IMG/VR virus record: IMGVR_UViG_2905444465_000001
Coordinates: 1-64,000 of that record
Origin: a virus
Taxonomy: Duplodnaviria; Caudoviricetes
DNA: 64,000 bases
Direction: 5' to 3' (one strand)
Under the pieces are notes generated by a model. It did no database searches, was not told where the DNA came from, and saw only the letters and a list, made by a program, of their open reading frames with translations. The position numbers were made by a program, and so were the translations under genes. Shown piece after piece: positions 49,511 through 59,011 of this stretch. How positions within the stretch are numbered: position 1 is the first letter of the stretch; the number at the start of each line of letters is the position of its first letter.

Positions 49511-50323
49511 TTACCTCGTTTCTTTGGATTTTGGTTTCTTTTTCTTTCTCTGGGGCTGTTTATGCTCCGTTTTCCCGTTAGCACTTTTCGCCCTGTCGGA
49601 AGCTCCGCTTTTGTCCAGGGCGGAAGTGCCAATCTCTGCTTCCTGCTCCTTGCGGCTCTCCTTGATTTTCCGCAGTTCCTCTCTGACAGAAGGTTTCTCC
49701 TTAGTCATAGTAGCCCCCTCTGCGGACTTCTTTGGCTGCTCTGAGGTAGGCTCGGACTGAGGGGATTTTTCTGTCTTTGCCACCGAGGGGTTTGGGGCGT
49801 TTTCCTCCTTCTGGACGGGCTTGCCCATAAGCTCGTCAAGCAGCTTGTCTTTCTCCGCCTTTTCCTGCACACCAATCTCTGGCTCTGGCTGACCGTCCTT
49901 TGCATCTTTGGATTTCTCGGCTTCCGTCACAATAGAAGCGGTATCCACCGAAGCAAGATTAAAGCGTTCCACGATGCGGCTGATTTTCGATGCGTCCTCG
50001 GCACGGGCGATGACATCGACCTCCGCATTGTGGTCTTTGTTTTTCCTGTCTGTGAGGACACAGTAAAGCACACCGTATTTTTTTGCTTCCTGCGTGAACT
50101 TCTTTAAGTCGTCACTTTTGACGGTAAAGACTTTCAGCTCCTTGCCAGAACGGAGCATACTTGTCAGCCTTGCTTTGCCTTTGGTTTTCTTTTCTTCTTT
50201 GAGAATGGAATACAACAGGATAGCGATGTTCTTCGCACCTGCACCTGTGATTTTGGCAGCGACCTCAAAACCCTCCAAGCTCATTCGGACGATTTGTTCT
50301 GCCGCTTCGCCGCCTGTGTTCAT
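49511..50323 (-). CDS. pcfB: PcfB-family (DUF3801) protein
   Basis: GGEAAEQIVRMSLEG...F..EAKKYGVLY and C-terminal KPSVREEL. Confidence 0.85.
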   Translation of the reverse strand: MNTGGEAAEQIVRMSLEGFEVAAKITGAGAKNIAILLYSILKEEKKTKGKARLTSMLRSGKELKVFTVKSDDLKKFTQEAKKYGVLYCVLTDRKNKDHNAEVDVIARAEDASKISRIVERFNLASVDTASIVTEAEKSKDAKDGQPEPEIGVQEKAEKDKLLDELMGKPVQKEENAPNPSVAKTEKSPQSEPTSEQPKKSAEGATMTKEKPSVREELRKIKESRKEQEAEIGTSALDKSGASDRAKSANGKTEHKQPQRKKKKPKSKETR

Positions 50324-51677
50324 TCTTCATCAGCTCCTTTCTTTGCTGTTCTTTTTCGTCTGCCCGTATCGTCTGCAATTTTTCTTTGAGGGTATCACTA
50401 CGGGCAGCGATGCCCTCGCACATTCTGACCTCCTTTCGGATAATTTTCAGCCGTCCCGAAATATCGGAAAGCTCCGCCTTGACCGCTTCCTTTTCTTCAC
50501 CGCTTATCCTGCGGGATTTGGAGTAAAGCTCCTTTCGCTTCTGAAGCAGGGCAGACATCTCCGTTTCCAGAGAGCCTTTATATGAACAAAGCTGCTCCGC
50601 CGTATCAATGTGATTGTGGCAAAGCAACCTTGTTTCCAGTGTGATGGCTTCCATCTTCATAAGGTCGTCCTTTAGGAGATAATGAAGCCGTGCATAATTT
50701 TGTTTTCTGCCTTTTGGCAGGATACCGAGCTTGTAGCAGTAATGGAGATACAGCCCACGCAAGCCGCCCATTTTCTTGGCGTTCTTCAATGAGCCTTTGA
50801 CCCGATAGACCTTGACCTGCGGCTGTGGCTCTGAAAAGCTCTGGAATTTGACCGCATAGGAATTTTCGCTGATACGCTCCATAATCCTGTCATTGGTGTA
50901 TTCCTCTCCAAGCTTATAAAGCCGCTTGGGTCTTTGCCAGCCCTTGCCGATAATCGTCCAATACTTGCGGTTGGGGTCAAAGTTTATGCGGTAACCCATT
51001 TCTGCCAACTGGCGGTCAAAGTCTTTCAGCGTAAATGATTTGCTGATAGCTTCATCCACCGCTTGTCTGGCAACATTATCCCTCGTGGGTCGCCCCTGCT
51101 TTTCGGCTTGGTAAAGGGCGTAGGGCTTTTTCTTGCCGCTTGGGTGTTCGATGACAGACAAGGCGTACTCACGGCAAAGCTCATCGGAACGCTGACGGAG
51201 CAGCCGCAGATTTGCTTTGTTGTCGTGGTAGTGCATACCGTCAGCAAAAGAAACAGCGTTCACGACAAAGTGATTATGCAGGCAGTCGGTATTTAGGTGG
51301 GTGGCAACGATGACTTGAAATCTGTCGCCCCACATTCGCTCGGCAAGTTTAACGCCGACCTCGTGTGCCTGCTCTGGCGTAACCTCACCGTGCTTGAAGC
51401 TCTGGAAACCGTGATAGCAGACAATCTCACTCGTATCGTTCCATTGGACTTTGGCAATCATCATTTCATCTCTGGCGGTGGTCGGGTCACAGTTTATGCC
51501 TGTGACAAAAAAACGCTGCTCGGTCTTATCCTTATTAGTAGCGTACTCCATTACATCGACCATCGCCTGCAGGTCGGCTTCGGTGTATTTGGGGTTGGCG
51601 GTCTTTTCGGGATTTTCGGCATAGTCGATTGGGTGGTCGAGCCTGCCACGCACATCCCATATCTCGCAGACCGCCAT
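50265..51677 (-). CDS. MOB_P relaxase
   Basis: IDYAENPEKT, YHGFQSF, VATHLNTDCLHNHFVVN (3H motif). Confidence 0.93.
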   Translation of the reverse strand: MAVCEIWDVRGRLDHPIDYAENPEKTANPKYTEADLQAMVDVMEYATNKDKTEQRFFVTGINCDPTTARDEMMIAKVQWNDTSEIVCYHGFQSFKHGEVTPEQAHEVGVKLAERMWGDRFQVIVATHLNTDCLHNHFVVNAVSFADGMHYHDNKANLRLLRQRSDELCREYALSVIEHPSGKKKPYALYQAEKQGRPTRDNVARQAVDEAISKSFTLKDFDRQLAEMGYRINFDPNRKYWTIIGKGWQRPKRLYKLGEEYTNDRIMERISENSYAVKFQSFSEPQPQVKVYRVKGSLKNAKKMGGLRGLYLHYCYKLGILPKGRKQNYARLHYLLKDDLMKMEAITLETRLLCHNHIDTAEQLCSYKGSLETEMSALLQKRKELYSKSRRISGEEKEAVKAELSDISGRLKIIRKEVRMCEGIAARSDTLKEKLQTIRADEKEQQRKELMKNEHRRRSGRTNRPNELGGF

Positions 51678-52006
51678 TACGATGACCTGCGTGGAAGCAG
51701 ATACCTTTTGCGAATGTCAATCTGAAATTCGTGCCATTTCCTTGCTTCCACACGGAGCATCGGGGCATCCACAAAACCGAGGGCGTTTGCCTTAACCGCA
51801 AGCTGATTGATACGGTTGCCAATGGCGGACAGCTCACGCATCATTTTATAGAACTCTGGGTCGGGCTTCTCGCAGAGCTGATAGCCCCTTACCATTTCTC
51901 TTAAAAAGGCTTCTTTTGAGCGACCCGATTTTCGCACAAGCTCATTAAGGTGTTCGGCTTCCTCCTCAGTCAGACGGAAAAGTATCTGCACATTTCTTTT
52001 TCGCAT
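51677..52006 (-). CDS. mobC: MobC relaxosome accessory protein
   Basis: RHH N-terminus and LSAIGNRINQLA motif; directly upstream of the relaxase. Confidence 0.9.
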   Translation of the reverse strand: MRKRNVQILFRLTEEEAEHLNELVRKSGRSKEAFLREMVRGYQLCEKPDPEFYKMMRELSAIGNRINQLAVKANALGFVDAPMLRVEARKWHEFQIDIRKRYLLPRRSS

Positions 52007-52118
52007 TGTCCACTTCCTTTCTCTCGGAAAGTCTGTTTATCTGCAAGCAGCACATACACGCAATGCCGAACAGACCACCGAGCATTGTGCCGATAATGAA
52101 AAATAAGAACTCACTCAT
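51966..52118 (-). CDS. DUF3789-like small membrane protein
   Basis: MSEFLFFIIGTMLGGLFGIACMCCLQ... 50 aa with RBS; not in the ORF track. Confidence 0.6.
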   Translation of the reverse strand: MSEFLFFIIGTMLGGLFGIACMCCLQINRLSERKEVDNAKKKCADTFPSD

Positions 52119-52142
52119 TCTTGAACTCCTTTCTGTTCTAAC

Positions 52143-52199
52143 GGGGTATTAGGGGCTGACCCCTAACAAGCGAATTTGGCTAACCAAATTCAGTGCTTG
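52143..52199. promoter_or_regulatory. Putative ICE oriT
   Basis: Adjacent inverted repeats TTAGGGG-CTGA-CCCCTAA and CAAGC-GAATTTGG-CTAA-CCAAATTC-AGT-GCTTG, upstream of mobC and the relaxase. Confidence 0.5.
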
Positions 52200-52209
52200 G
52201 TAAGACATC

Positions 52210-52527
52210 TCATTCTTCGCAATCGTCCTCATACATACCCTCACTGCACACAGGGCAGAAGTACGGGCAGTCCGAACAATCTTCATTTTCCTGTAGTGTA
52301 TTCTCGCCCGCACCGTCAAGACCGTCCTCTCTCTGCTCGGTAATATCGGCTTCACCGCAGACAAAATCATCATCGGTAAAGTTGATAAGGTCGGTATCGA
52401 ACAGGATAATTTTTGTCTTTTCCTTTGCCTGTTCGGGGCTTTCCGCATAGACGCAAACGGTCTTTCGGTAATGGGCAGTAAGGGTTACATCATACTTTTT
52501 CAATGGTTCATTCCTCGCTTTCAGCAT
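52210..52527 (-). CDS. Hypothetical acidic ICE protein
   Basis: In-operon ORF with a C-terminal CxxCPYFCPVC. Confidence 0.55.
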   Translation of the reverse strand: MLKARNEPLKKYDVTLTAHYRKTVCVYAESPEQAKEKTKIILFDTDLINFTDDDFVCGEADITEQREDGLDGAGENTLQENEDCSDCPYFCPVCSEGMYEDDCEE

Positions 52528-52577
52528 TAAATTTTGATTTGGTTTCGGTGTCTTTCTGGGGAAAAACTGCTATACAA

Positions 52578-53567
52578 TCAACGGGCATCACTCCTTTCAC
52601 GCTTGGGCATAGGTCTTGCAATTTTCAGATAGGACAACAAAAAATCGTTGAAGTCCTTGCCGACAGGCGGTGGATCATCAACGATTTTGTAGTCTTTCTG
52701 CAACAGTTCTTTCAAAGTAGCGGTACAAAGCCTGCCTACCTTATCATTATCCAGATGCAGAACTATGGTCTTAATTTGTGGATTGGCACTCAAAAAAGTT
52801 GTGAGAGCTATGGGGATTTTGCTGTCCTTCATCTCTTTCTTTGGCTGATACACGCCCGATAAAGAGAGGAAACTTTCCGATTTGTAGTCCTTGCCCTCGC
52901 ATTTCAGATAAGTGGCATAGGACAGTAAATCAATAGCAGCTTCAAATAAATGCACGGTATCCGCAGGCTTCTTTGCCAGAAGTCGGAACGAATACCGCTT
53001 GTCGCTGCCCGATGCGTCCTGCTTGAAAGTGCTGCCGAGAGTGCCTCGCAGGGCGGCATATTTCGGTGTTCCGCTTTCGTCTTTGCCGATAAAAACAGCA
53101 TTGTGATAATCGGCACTCTCATAGAGCGTGCCATCTGAGATACACTCCTGTATGAGCTGATGGTCAATACCACGCCCGAAAAGATACTGTATCACTCTGT
53201 TACAATCCTTATTTTTTGGCGGCAGGAGCAGAACTTTCGGCTCATCTTTCTTGGGAGTAGGGGGTGGCTTCCAGTCCGCCATAGTCTGTCCCGTGAGAAT
53301 TTCCACGGCTTCCACAAAGTCATATTCCTTGACTTTGATAAGATAATCGAGGGCAGAATAGCCGCCGAAACCTCTCGACCACCAATACCATTTGCCGTTG
53401 GAAATCTTTAAGCTGTCGTGTTCTGCTGTACAGTACACATTGCTTGTGCCTTTGACCTTAACGAGATTGCTCGGCTCAAACTCCCGCAGATAGGATAACA
53501 GGTCAATCTGTCGTACCCGTTCAAGCACATCAGGGTCAATCTGCACATAGGGTCGGTTAGTTCTCAA
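52578..53567 (-). CDS. DUF3991 + TOPRIM (primase-like) protein
   Basis: HDSLKI...W.WWS N-terminus; FEAAIDLLSY and LDNDKVG TOPRIM motifs. Confidence 0.85.
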   Translation of the reverse strand: MRTNRPYVQIDPDVLERVRQIDLLSYLREFEPSNLVKVKGTSNVYCTAEHDSLKISNGKWYWWSRGFGGYSALDYLIKVKEYDFVEAVEILTGQTMADWKPPPTPKKDEPKVLLLPPKNKDCNRVIQYLFGRGIDHQLIQECISDGTLYESADYHNAVFIGKDESGTPKYAALRGTLGSTFKQDASGSDKRYSFRLLAKKPADTVHLFEAAIDLLSYATYLKCEGKDYKSESFLSLSGVYQPKKEMKDSKIPIALTTFLSANPQIKTIVLHLDNDKVGRLCTATLKELLQKDYKIVDDPPPVGKDFNDFLLSYLKIARPMPKRERSDAR

Positions 53568-53595
53568 TGGATAAAATCACCTCCTGAAAATAGAA

Positions 53596-53635
53596 ATAGC
53601 CGAGGGCTTTCGTTAAATGAAAACCTCTCGGCTAT
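53596..53635. terminator. Hairpin downstream of the proteasome-like gene
   Basis: ATAGCCGAG...CTCGGCTAT. Confidence 0.5.
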
Positions 53636-54315
53636 GTAAAATATAGTTCTTTTAGAATGAAAAAAGCATCCCTTTTTCTGTTGCGATATTATAAATCCAT
53701 TTGTTACCCGTAGGGCTTACCAAATTACTAATATTCGCAATTTCCTTAATTGTTTTTTCTACAAACTCTGAATTATGCAACTTATAATTTTTTGCAAAGC
53801 AATCGCAGCACTCCTGCATTTTTGCATCGGCAGGTGGAAAAAGAGCCATTGGAACATCTTTTGCATCTAAACGACCCTTGATATTACCTCCCGATATTAG
53901 GCTTGCATTACCGTCACGCCCTTTACCTGCTATGAGAAAATAGAACGGCAAAGCTAATATAGCATCACAATTTGTATCGGCTACTCGCTTATAAAATGCT
54001 TTTATAATATCAAGTAAATCATCGGTAGTTAGGCAATCTTTATTTGTCGCCTTGTTCAAATCTATTGAAATAGCCTTTTCAATAGCTGCGTTACCTGCAC
54101 TTGAAAAAGCTAAATGGTCATTTATCATAAGGACTTTGTCTAAATCATCTGACAAAGTTTTCCCGTCAATACTTGACCCTCGCTTATCGCCTGCAATAAT
54201 TATACGGTTATTTTCTTTTATTCCAAAGATAACACTCATAAACTGTCACCTCCTTACTGATTTAAAAATCATACCACATTTTTATGAATTTTTCCACCTC
54301 TGCGGCTATGTAAAA
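53623..54315. repeat. 19/20-bp direct repeats flanking an AT-rich single-gene cassette
   Basis: ACCTCT-CGGCTATGTAAAA at 53623-53641 and ACCTCTGCGGCTATGTAAAA at 54296-54315. Confidence 0.75.
53652..54239 (-). CDS. Proteasome-beta/HslV-fold Ntn-hydrolase-like protein with N-terminal Ser
   Basis: After Met removal: S1, D17, R19, K34, G48 (SVIFGIKENNRIIIAGDKR...DKV...SAG), matching the T1/D17/R19/K33/G47 pattern. Confidence 0.7.
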   Translation of the reverse strand: MSVIFGIKENNRIIIAGDKRGSSIDGKTLSDDLDKVLMINDHLAFSSAGNAAIEKAISIDLNKATNKDCLTTDDLLDIIKAFYKRVADTNCDAILALPFYFLIAGKGRDGNASLISGGNIKGRLDAKDVPMALFPPADAKMQECCDCFAKNYKLHNSEFVEKTIKEIANISNLVSPTGNKWIYNIATEKGMLFSF

Positions 54316-54351
54316 GCGGCATCAGCTCCACGCCAATGCCGCCGTTCTCGG

Positions 54352-54699
54352 TTATAAAATTCCTGCCTTTTTGAGATACCCAACGCTGTCATAGCACCCT
54401 CTGAAATAGATTGCTTCCTGCTGCATATCGCTGAGCCTGTTCCGAAGCTCCAAAACTTCTATCAAAGCCTTACACTCCTGCTCGGATAAATCGCTCGGCT
54501 TTTCCGTATCCAGAGCCTCCATCACTTTTGGATACTCCTTGTAGAGTTCCTCTATCCTTTCCTCTATGGAACGGTATTCTGGATTTTCTTTGGGCAGCTT
54601 TGCGATAACGGAGCTTAGATATTCAGCAAAGATGTTGCTATGCACATCAACAAAGGTTTCAAATCTGAAATTATCAAGCACACCTTTCACCTCCGACAT
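54352..54699 (-). CDS. Conserved ICE hypothetical protein
   Basis: Ends ..QQEAIYFRGCYDSVGYLKKAGIL, a pattern typical of these ICE backbones. Confidence 0.6.
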   Translation of the reverse strand: MSEVKGVLDNFRFETFVDVHSNIFAEYLSSVIAKLPKENPEYRSIEERIEELYKEYPKVMEALDTEKPSDLSEQECKALIEVLELRNRLSDMQQEAIYFRGCYDSVGYLKKAGIL

Positions 54700-54758
54700 T
54701 TACTAATCTACACCTATTATACTTCCCAGAAATCAGCAATACAAATATGCAAACCGCA

Positions 54759-55706
54759 TTATCTCTCCCGACTTGCACATTTTCTTTCGGGCTGTTCTTC
54801 TGTCTGCTCTGGCTCAGTATCCATAACGGAAGTATCTTTTTCATTTAGATTCAGCTCAATGTTAAGAGCGTTCAGCCGTTCTGTTTTTTCTTTCAGCTCA
54901 TCTTCAAAGGCAAAAGGCTTCTTGATTTCCTCCTTTGCGGTTTCAAGCTGTACGATAGTTTCCGCCTTTTTGGTCTTGGCAGCTTCCAGTCTAGCAGGGA
55001 GCTTTGACAGCTCGTTTTCAATTCGGGTCAGATTTCCGAGGGCATCAGCACCTAAATCCACCTTATGCTTTGCCTTTCCGCAGAGGTTCATACAGTAATG
55101 GGCATTGACAGTATCATAATAAATCTCCATTCGGAAACCTCGGTAGCTGCCGATTTCGGTAGGTGCGGACATCGGATAATCCTTGCAGATTGCAAGGAGC
55201 ATCTCGCCTGCGTCTGCCTTTTCGGTGTAGGTCATACCTTTTAGGGTCATCGGGCAGAACTTATCCTCACCCTGCGGCTTGTGCTGCTCGGCAAATGCTG
55301 CATCATTTTCATAGCCTGCAATGCGTTCCTCATACTCCTTAATGGTCTGGGGATAGTATTTCAGCACCCTGTCCTCAAGGTCGTAATGTTCGGAAAGATA
55401 ACTCTGCTTTAACACTCGAAGCTTTGATACCTGTATATCCAAATCCATCTTTTCCTTAAAACGGGCATCGCCTGTGGCAAGCATTTTAACCTCCGCAAAG
55501 GACAGGGCAACCTCGTCCACATCTTCAGCAGAACGGACAGGGCTTTTGCTCGTCATTATCTGGCTGATAAATTTCTGCTTGCTCTCCACCAACTGATAGA
55601 GGTAGGCATCAAAAGTTTGCTCTGTCACATAACGGTAAACCTCCACCTCTGGGAACATATTGCCCTGCCTTTCAATACGCCCCTGCCTTTGTTCAAGGTC
55701 AGTCGG
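54759..55706 (-). pseudogene. 3' part of the ICE SNF2-type helicase/methylase gene, split by an inserted element
   Basis: Frame upstream of the listed ORF reads PTDLEQRQGRIERQGNMFPEV (helicase motif VI), then YRYVTEQTFDAYLYQ; the 5' part is absent from the window. Confidence 0.88.
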
Positions 55707-57556
55707 TCATTTTTTGCGGACAGTTCAATACATGCCTGTCTGTTTCGCTCCCTGCTCCTGCGTTTGCTCTCGTTTGATTTCTCCCTCTGTATCTTCTTGG
55801 CACAAGCAGGACAATACTTCGATATGCCAGAGCGGGGAACATATTCAACACCGCACACCGTACAATTCTTAGGCTTTAACGCAGTCCACCGCTTTGTCGG
55901 TGTGATATGTAATTCACCGACAAAGCCGATGAATTTATAATAAATCTTGATTTCCTGCCGCACCATTCCGTCTGTAAGTTTCTCACGTTCCGAAACAAGT
56001 ATCTTGTCTATAAGTGCGTTTATGATGGTTGCGTCCAGTTCCTTAATGCCTTGATAGTTGCGGATTAGGGAGAGGAAATCACGGACACCCTGCGTCTTCT
56101 CATAGCTGTCGCTGAGCGTTTCCGTTACCTCTTTCAGCCTTGCTTCAATTTCAAGCTGTTCTTTCTGGTATTTTCCCGACATCATCTCAAAATTCCGCTC
56201 GGTAATACGCTCCATCACCTTATCTTCATAGAGTGAGGAAAACAGCCTGTCCAGTTCTGCAAGGCGTTTGTTCAGTTTTCTTTGCTCCTTTTCCAGTGCC
56301 TTTGCCTTGCTCTGGTCTGTTTCCGTGAGCCGCTTTTCAATCGCCCTCACTGCCTTTTCATCATTGACTGCCATATCCGCAAATCGGTTGATGTCGGTGA
56401 GGACAGCGTTGAACAAGTCCCTCGCTTCAATGCTGTGTGCGGTACACATGATATTACCGTATCTGCCATAATTATTGCAGGAATATTGTACGCAGTCGAT
56501 GATGTCGGGGCGTTTCCTCCTGTTGGCACTCATAGCCCGCATCGCATAGCCGCAGTCCGCACACTTAATAACGCCTGCAAAGATGTTCTCAAAGCCGCCC
56601 TTGTTTTCTGGTAATCTGCGGCTTGTAATAAGCTGCTGTACGGTATCAAATTCCTCCTGCGTGACTATCCCCTCATGGGTGTCTGGTATCACTTCCCATT
56701 CTTCGGGCAGCTTAGAGGGGCGTTTCTTGCTTTTCATGTTGGCGGCAATCCGCTTGTAGCCTGCAAGGTTTCCCGCATATATCGGGCTTCTTAAAATGCC
56801 CCTTACGCTGTTCTCGCTCCAAATATAACGGTTCTCCTCATTCTCCTCAAAATACCTCTCATAGCCTGTTGCCCCCTGCTCCGCCGCATAAGCGGCGGGG
56901 CGTAAGATATGCTGTTTGTTGATGTGCTTGCGGATTTTGGCGATTCCGTTGCCCGCTAACGCAAGGTCAAATATTTCCCTTACCACATGGGCAACTTTGT
57001 CATCTATCAGCAGATGGTTGTGGTCGGCGGGGTCTTTGACGTAACCGTATGGTGCTGTCGTCCCCATGAATTTCCCCTGCTGAAACCTCGCTCGGTACGC
57101 CGATTTTATCTTGACCGACACATCGGCGGAATACATTTCGTTTAGGATGTTGCGGAAAGGCGTGATGTCCATAGCGGATTTATTGAGCGTGTCCACGCCG
57201 TCATTGACCGCTATATACCTCACATTATGCTCTGGGAAAAACACTTCCAGATACAGTCCGCAATCAAGATAGTTCCTCCCCAGACGAGATAAATCTTTCG
57301 TGATAACGCAGTTTATCAGACCGCTTTCAATGTCCTTAATCATGTTCTGGAAACTTGGTCTTTGGAAATTTGTACCAGAGTAACCGTCGTCCACATACGT
57401 TTTTGCTAAGTGCCATCCCTGCTTTTTCACATAATCCGTGAGGATGGATTTCTGTGTCGCAATGCTCGCACTCTCGTTATCCGTGCCATCGTCTTTTGAC
57501 AAGCGGCAGTACATGCCGACTTCATAAATCTTGTTCTCCATTCTTATTCCTGCCAT
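55625..57556 (-). CDS. TnpX-like large serine recombinase of the nested element
   Basis: YCRLSKDD, ITKDLSRLGRNY, zinc ribbon CADCG, DUF4368-like coil and an extra C-terminal CxxC..CxxC; the stop lies inside the target gene. Confidence 0.93.
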   Translation of the reverse strand: MAGIRMENKIYEVGMYCRLSKDDGTDNESASIATQKSILTDYVKKQGWHLAKTYVDDGYSGTNFQRPSFQNMIKDIESGLINCVITKDLSRLGRNYLDCGLYLEVFFPEHNVRYIAVNDGVDTLNKSAMDITPFRNILNEMYSADVSVKIKSAYRARFQQGKFMGTTAPYGYVKDPADHNHLLIDDKVAHVVREIFDLALAGNGIAKIRKHINKQHILRPAAYAAEQGATGYERYFEENEENRYIWSENSVRGILRSPIYAGNLAGYKRIAANMKSKKRPSKLPEEWEVIPDTHEGIVTQEEFDTVQQLITSRRLPENKGGFENIFAGVIKCADCGYAMRAMSANRRKRPDIIDCVQYSCNNYGRYGNIMCTAHSIEARDLFNAVLTDINRFADMAVNDEKAVRAIEKRLTETDQSKAKALEKEQRKLNKRLAELDRLFSSLYEDKVMERITERNFEMMSGKYQKEQLEIEARLKEVTETLSDSYEKTQGVRDFLSLIRNYQGIKELDATIINALIDKILVSEREKLTDGMVRQEIKIYYKFIGFVGELHITPTKRWTALKPKNCTVCGVEYVPRSGISKYCPACAKKIQREKSNESKRRSRERNRQACIELSAKNDRLTLNKGRGVLKGRAICSQRWRFTVM

Positions 57557-57610
57557 ACTGTAAAACCTCCATATCTGTCCTATCTGTTTTCATGTTCCAT
57601 TGCGTACATT

Positions 57611-57802
57611 CTAAGCGGACAGCCCCTCATTGTCGAAGGTGTCGCCCTCGGCAATCTTCTTCCGAATATCCTCGGAAATAATCGGGATAAACGCTTCTGT
57701 GACTGTCTGCGTGCCGACATATTCACGGCTGATTATCATCTGAACTGGTGCTTTCGGCACGATACGCTTTCTCTTTTTATCTGCTTTCTTATCCTCGCCC
57801 AT
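57611..57802 (-). CDS. Small protein upstream of the recombinase (possible directionality factor)
   Basis: MGEDKK... 63 aa after an AAGGAAG RBS; function inferred from position only. Confidence 0.5.
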   Translation of the reverse strand: MGEDKKADKKRKRIVPKAPVQMIISREYVGTQTVTEAFIPIISEDIRKKIAEGDTFDNEGLSA

Positions 57803-57872
57803 ACTTAAATCTTCCTTTCCAGACAGGGCAGGAGAACGTCTGGAAACGCCCCGCCCTGTCAATCAGATACCA

Positions 57873-58103
57873 TCAATCCCCGCTGTTTACTTCTTTCTGT
57901 AATGCTTCAAGGAGTGCTGCTGCTTCATCAGCGTTCAACGTGATACCCTTTCCGCACTTCTCACGGTTCGGGGAAAAGCTGCGGATGTCATATTTCGGCT
58001 CTCTTCCGTTCCATGAGATAAGATTGATTTCTTTTGTGTAGCCGCTGTCGCCCTTAGACAATACGGCGATTTCCTTTACAATCTCATACTGGATTTCTTT
58101 CAT
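57873..58103 (-). CDS. YdbC/PC4-like ssDNA-binding protein
   Basis: KEINLISWNGREPKYDIRSF...GKGITL. Confidence 0.85.
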   Translation of the reverse strand: MKEIQYEIVKEIAVLSKGDSGYTKEINLISWNGREPKYDIRSFSPNREKCGKGITLNADEAAALLEALQKEVNSGD

Positions 58104-58148
58104 TCTTCATACCTCAATTTTCTGCATTTACCTCCCGAAAAGAGAAGA

Positions 58149-59003
58149 TTAGCGGCTGTCCCTGCCCCGTTTCCTCTGCAATTCACGCTCCAAAAGTTTA
58201 ATGATGGTTTCCTCCATCTGCTTCGGCGTTGTGTTCTTCGGAAAATACTTTTTCAGCTTGCTTGTGTTGATTTTCAAGGTTTCTTTCTGGTTTCCCTTTT
58301 CCTCCGTCATAATTGCAAATATCGTATCCATGTCAAGCCGCCCGCTCTGGCTTAGGCTTTTCATCCGCTGTGCCTGTGAGAGTGAGGGCGTTGCTTCTTC
58401 GCTCTCCATCGTGGCAAAGAGGTTTTCCTGCTCGTCTTTCTTCAAAAAGGACAGTTCCACCGCAGGCGTGAGGGCGATTTTCCCCTCGTCCACCATCCGC
58501 AAAATCGGCGGTATCAGTTCCGTCAAACGGATAAATCTTTGTACGGTCATCCTGCCTACGCCGAAGCCCTGTGCCACCTTGTCGTCCGTCCGCAACTTCG
58601 TCACAACTTGTGACGAGGTTAAGTCTGTGCGGAAACCCTGCCGCTTCATGGCTTCGGATTTCATCTTGTAGGCAAACGCCCGCTCTGATGGCAGGATATT
58701 CTCACGCTGTAAATTACTGTCTACAAGGGTGATGATGGCTCGGTCACGGTCTAAGGGCAGGACAAACGCAGGCACGGTATTTATCCCTGCAAGTTCAGAA
58801 GCACGGACACGCCGCTGTCCTGCAATCACTTCATAACCGTCCCCGTCCTCTTTCGGGCGTGTGATTATCGGCGTGACAATGCCAAATTCCTTGATGCTTT
58901 CCGCTAACTCTGACAGTGTTTCATCTTCTGCCACATGAAACGGATTGTCGGGGAACGGGTACAAGTCTTTGGTCTTTAACACCTTAAAATCCTGTTTCTT
59001 CAT
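58149..59003 (-). CDS. parB: ParB/RepB/Spo0J-family protein
   Basis: LAESIKEFGIVTPI...YEVIAGQRRVRAS, DSNLQRE and HTH. Confidence 0.9.
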   Translation of the reverse strand: MKKQDFKVLKTKDLYPFPDNPFHVAEDETLSELAESIKEFGIVTPIITRPKEDGDGYEVIAGQRRVRASELAGINTVPAFVLPLDRDRAIITLVDSNLQRENILPSERAFAYKMKSEAMKRQGFRTDLTSSQVVTKLRTDDKVAQGFGVGRMTVQRFIRLTELIPPILRMVDEGKIALTPAVELSFLKKDEQENLFATMESEEATPSLSQAQRMKSLSQSGRLDMDTIFAIMTEEKGNQKETLKINTSKLKKYFPKNTTPKQMEETIIKLLERELQRKRGRDSR

Positions 59004-59011
59004 TCACATAT

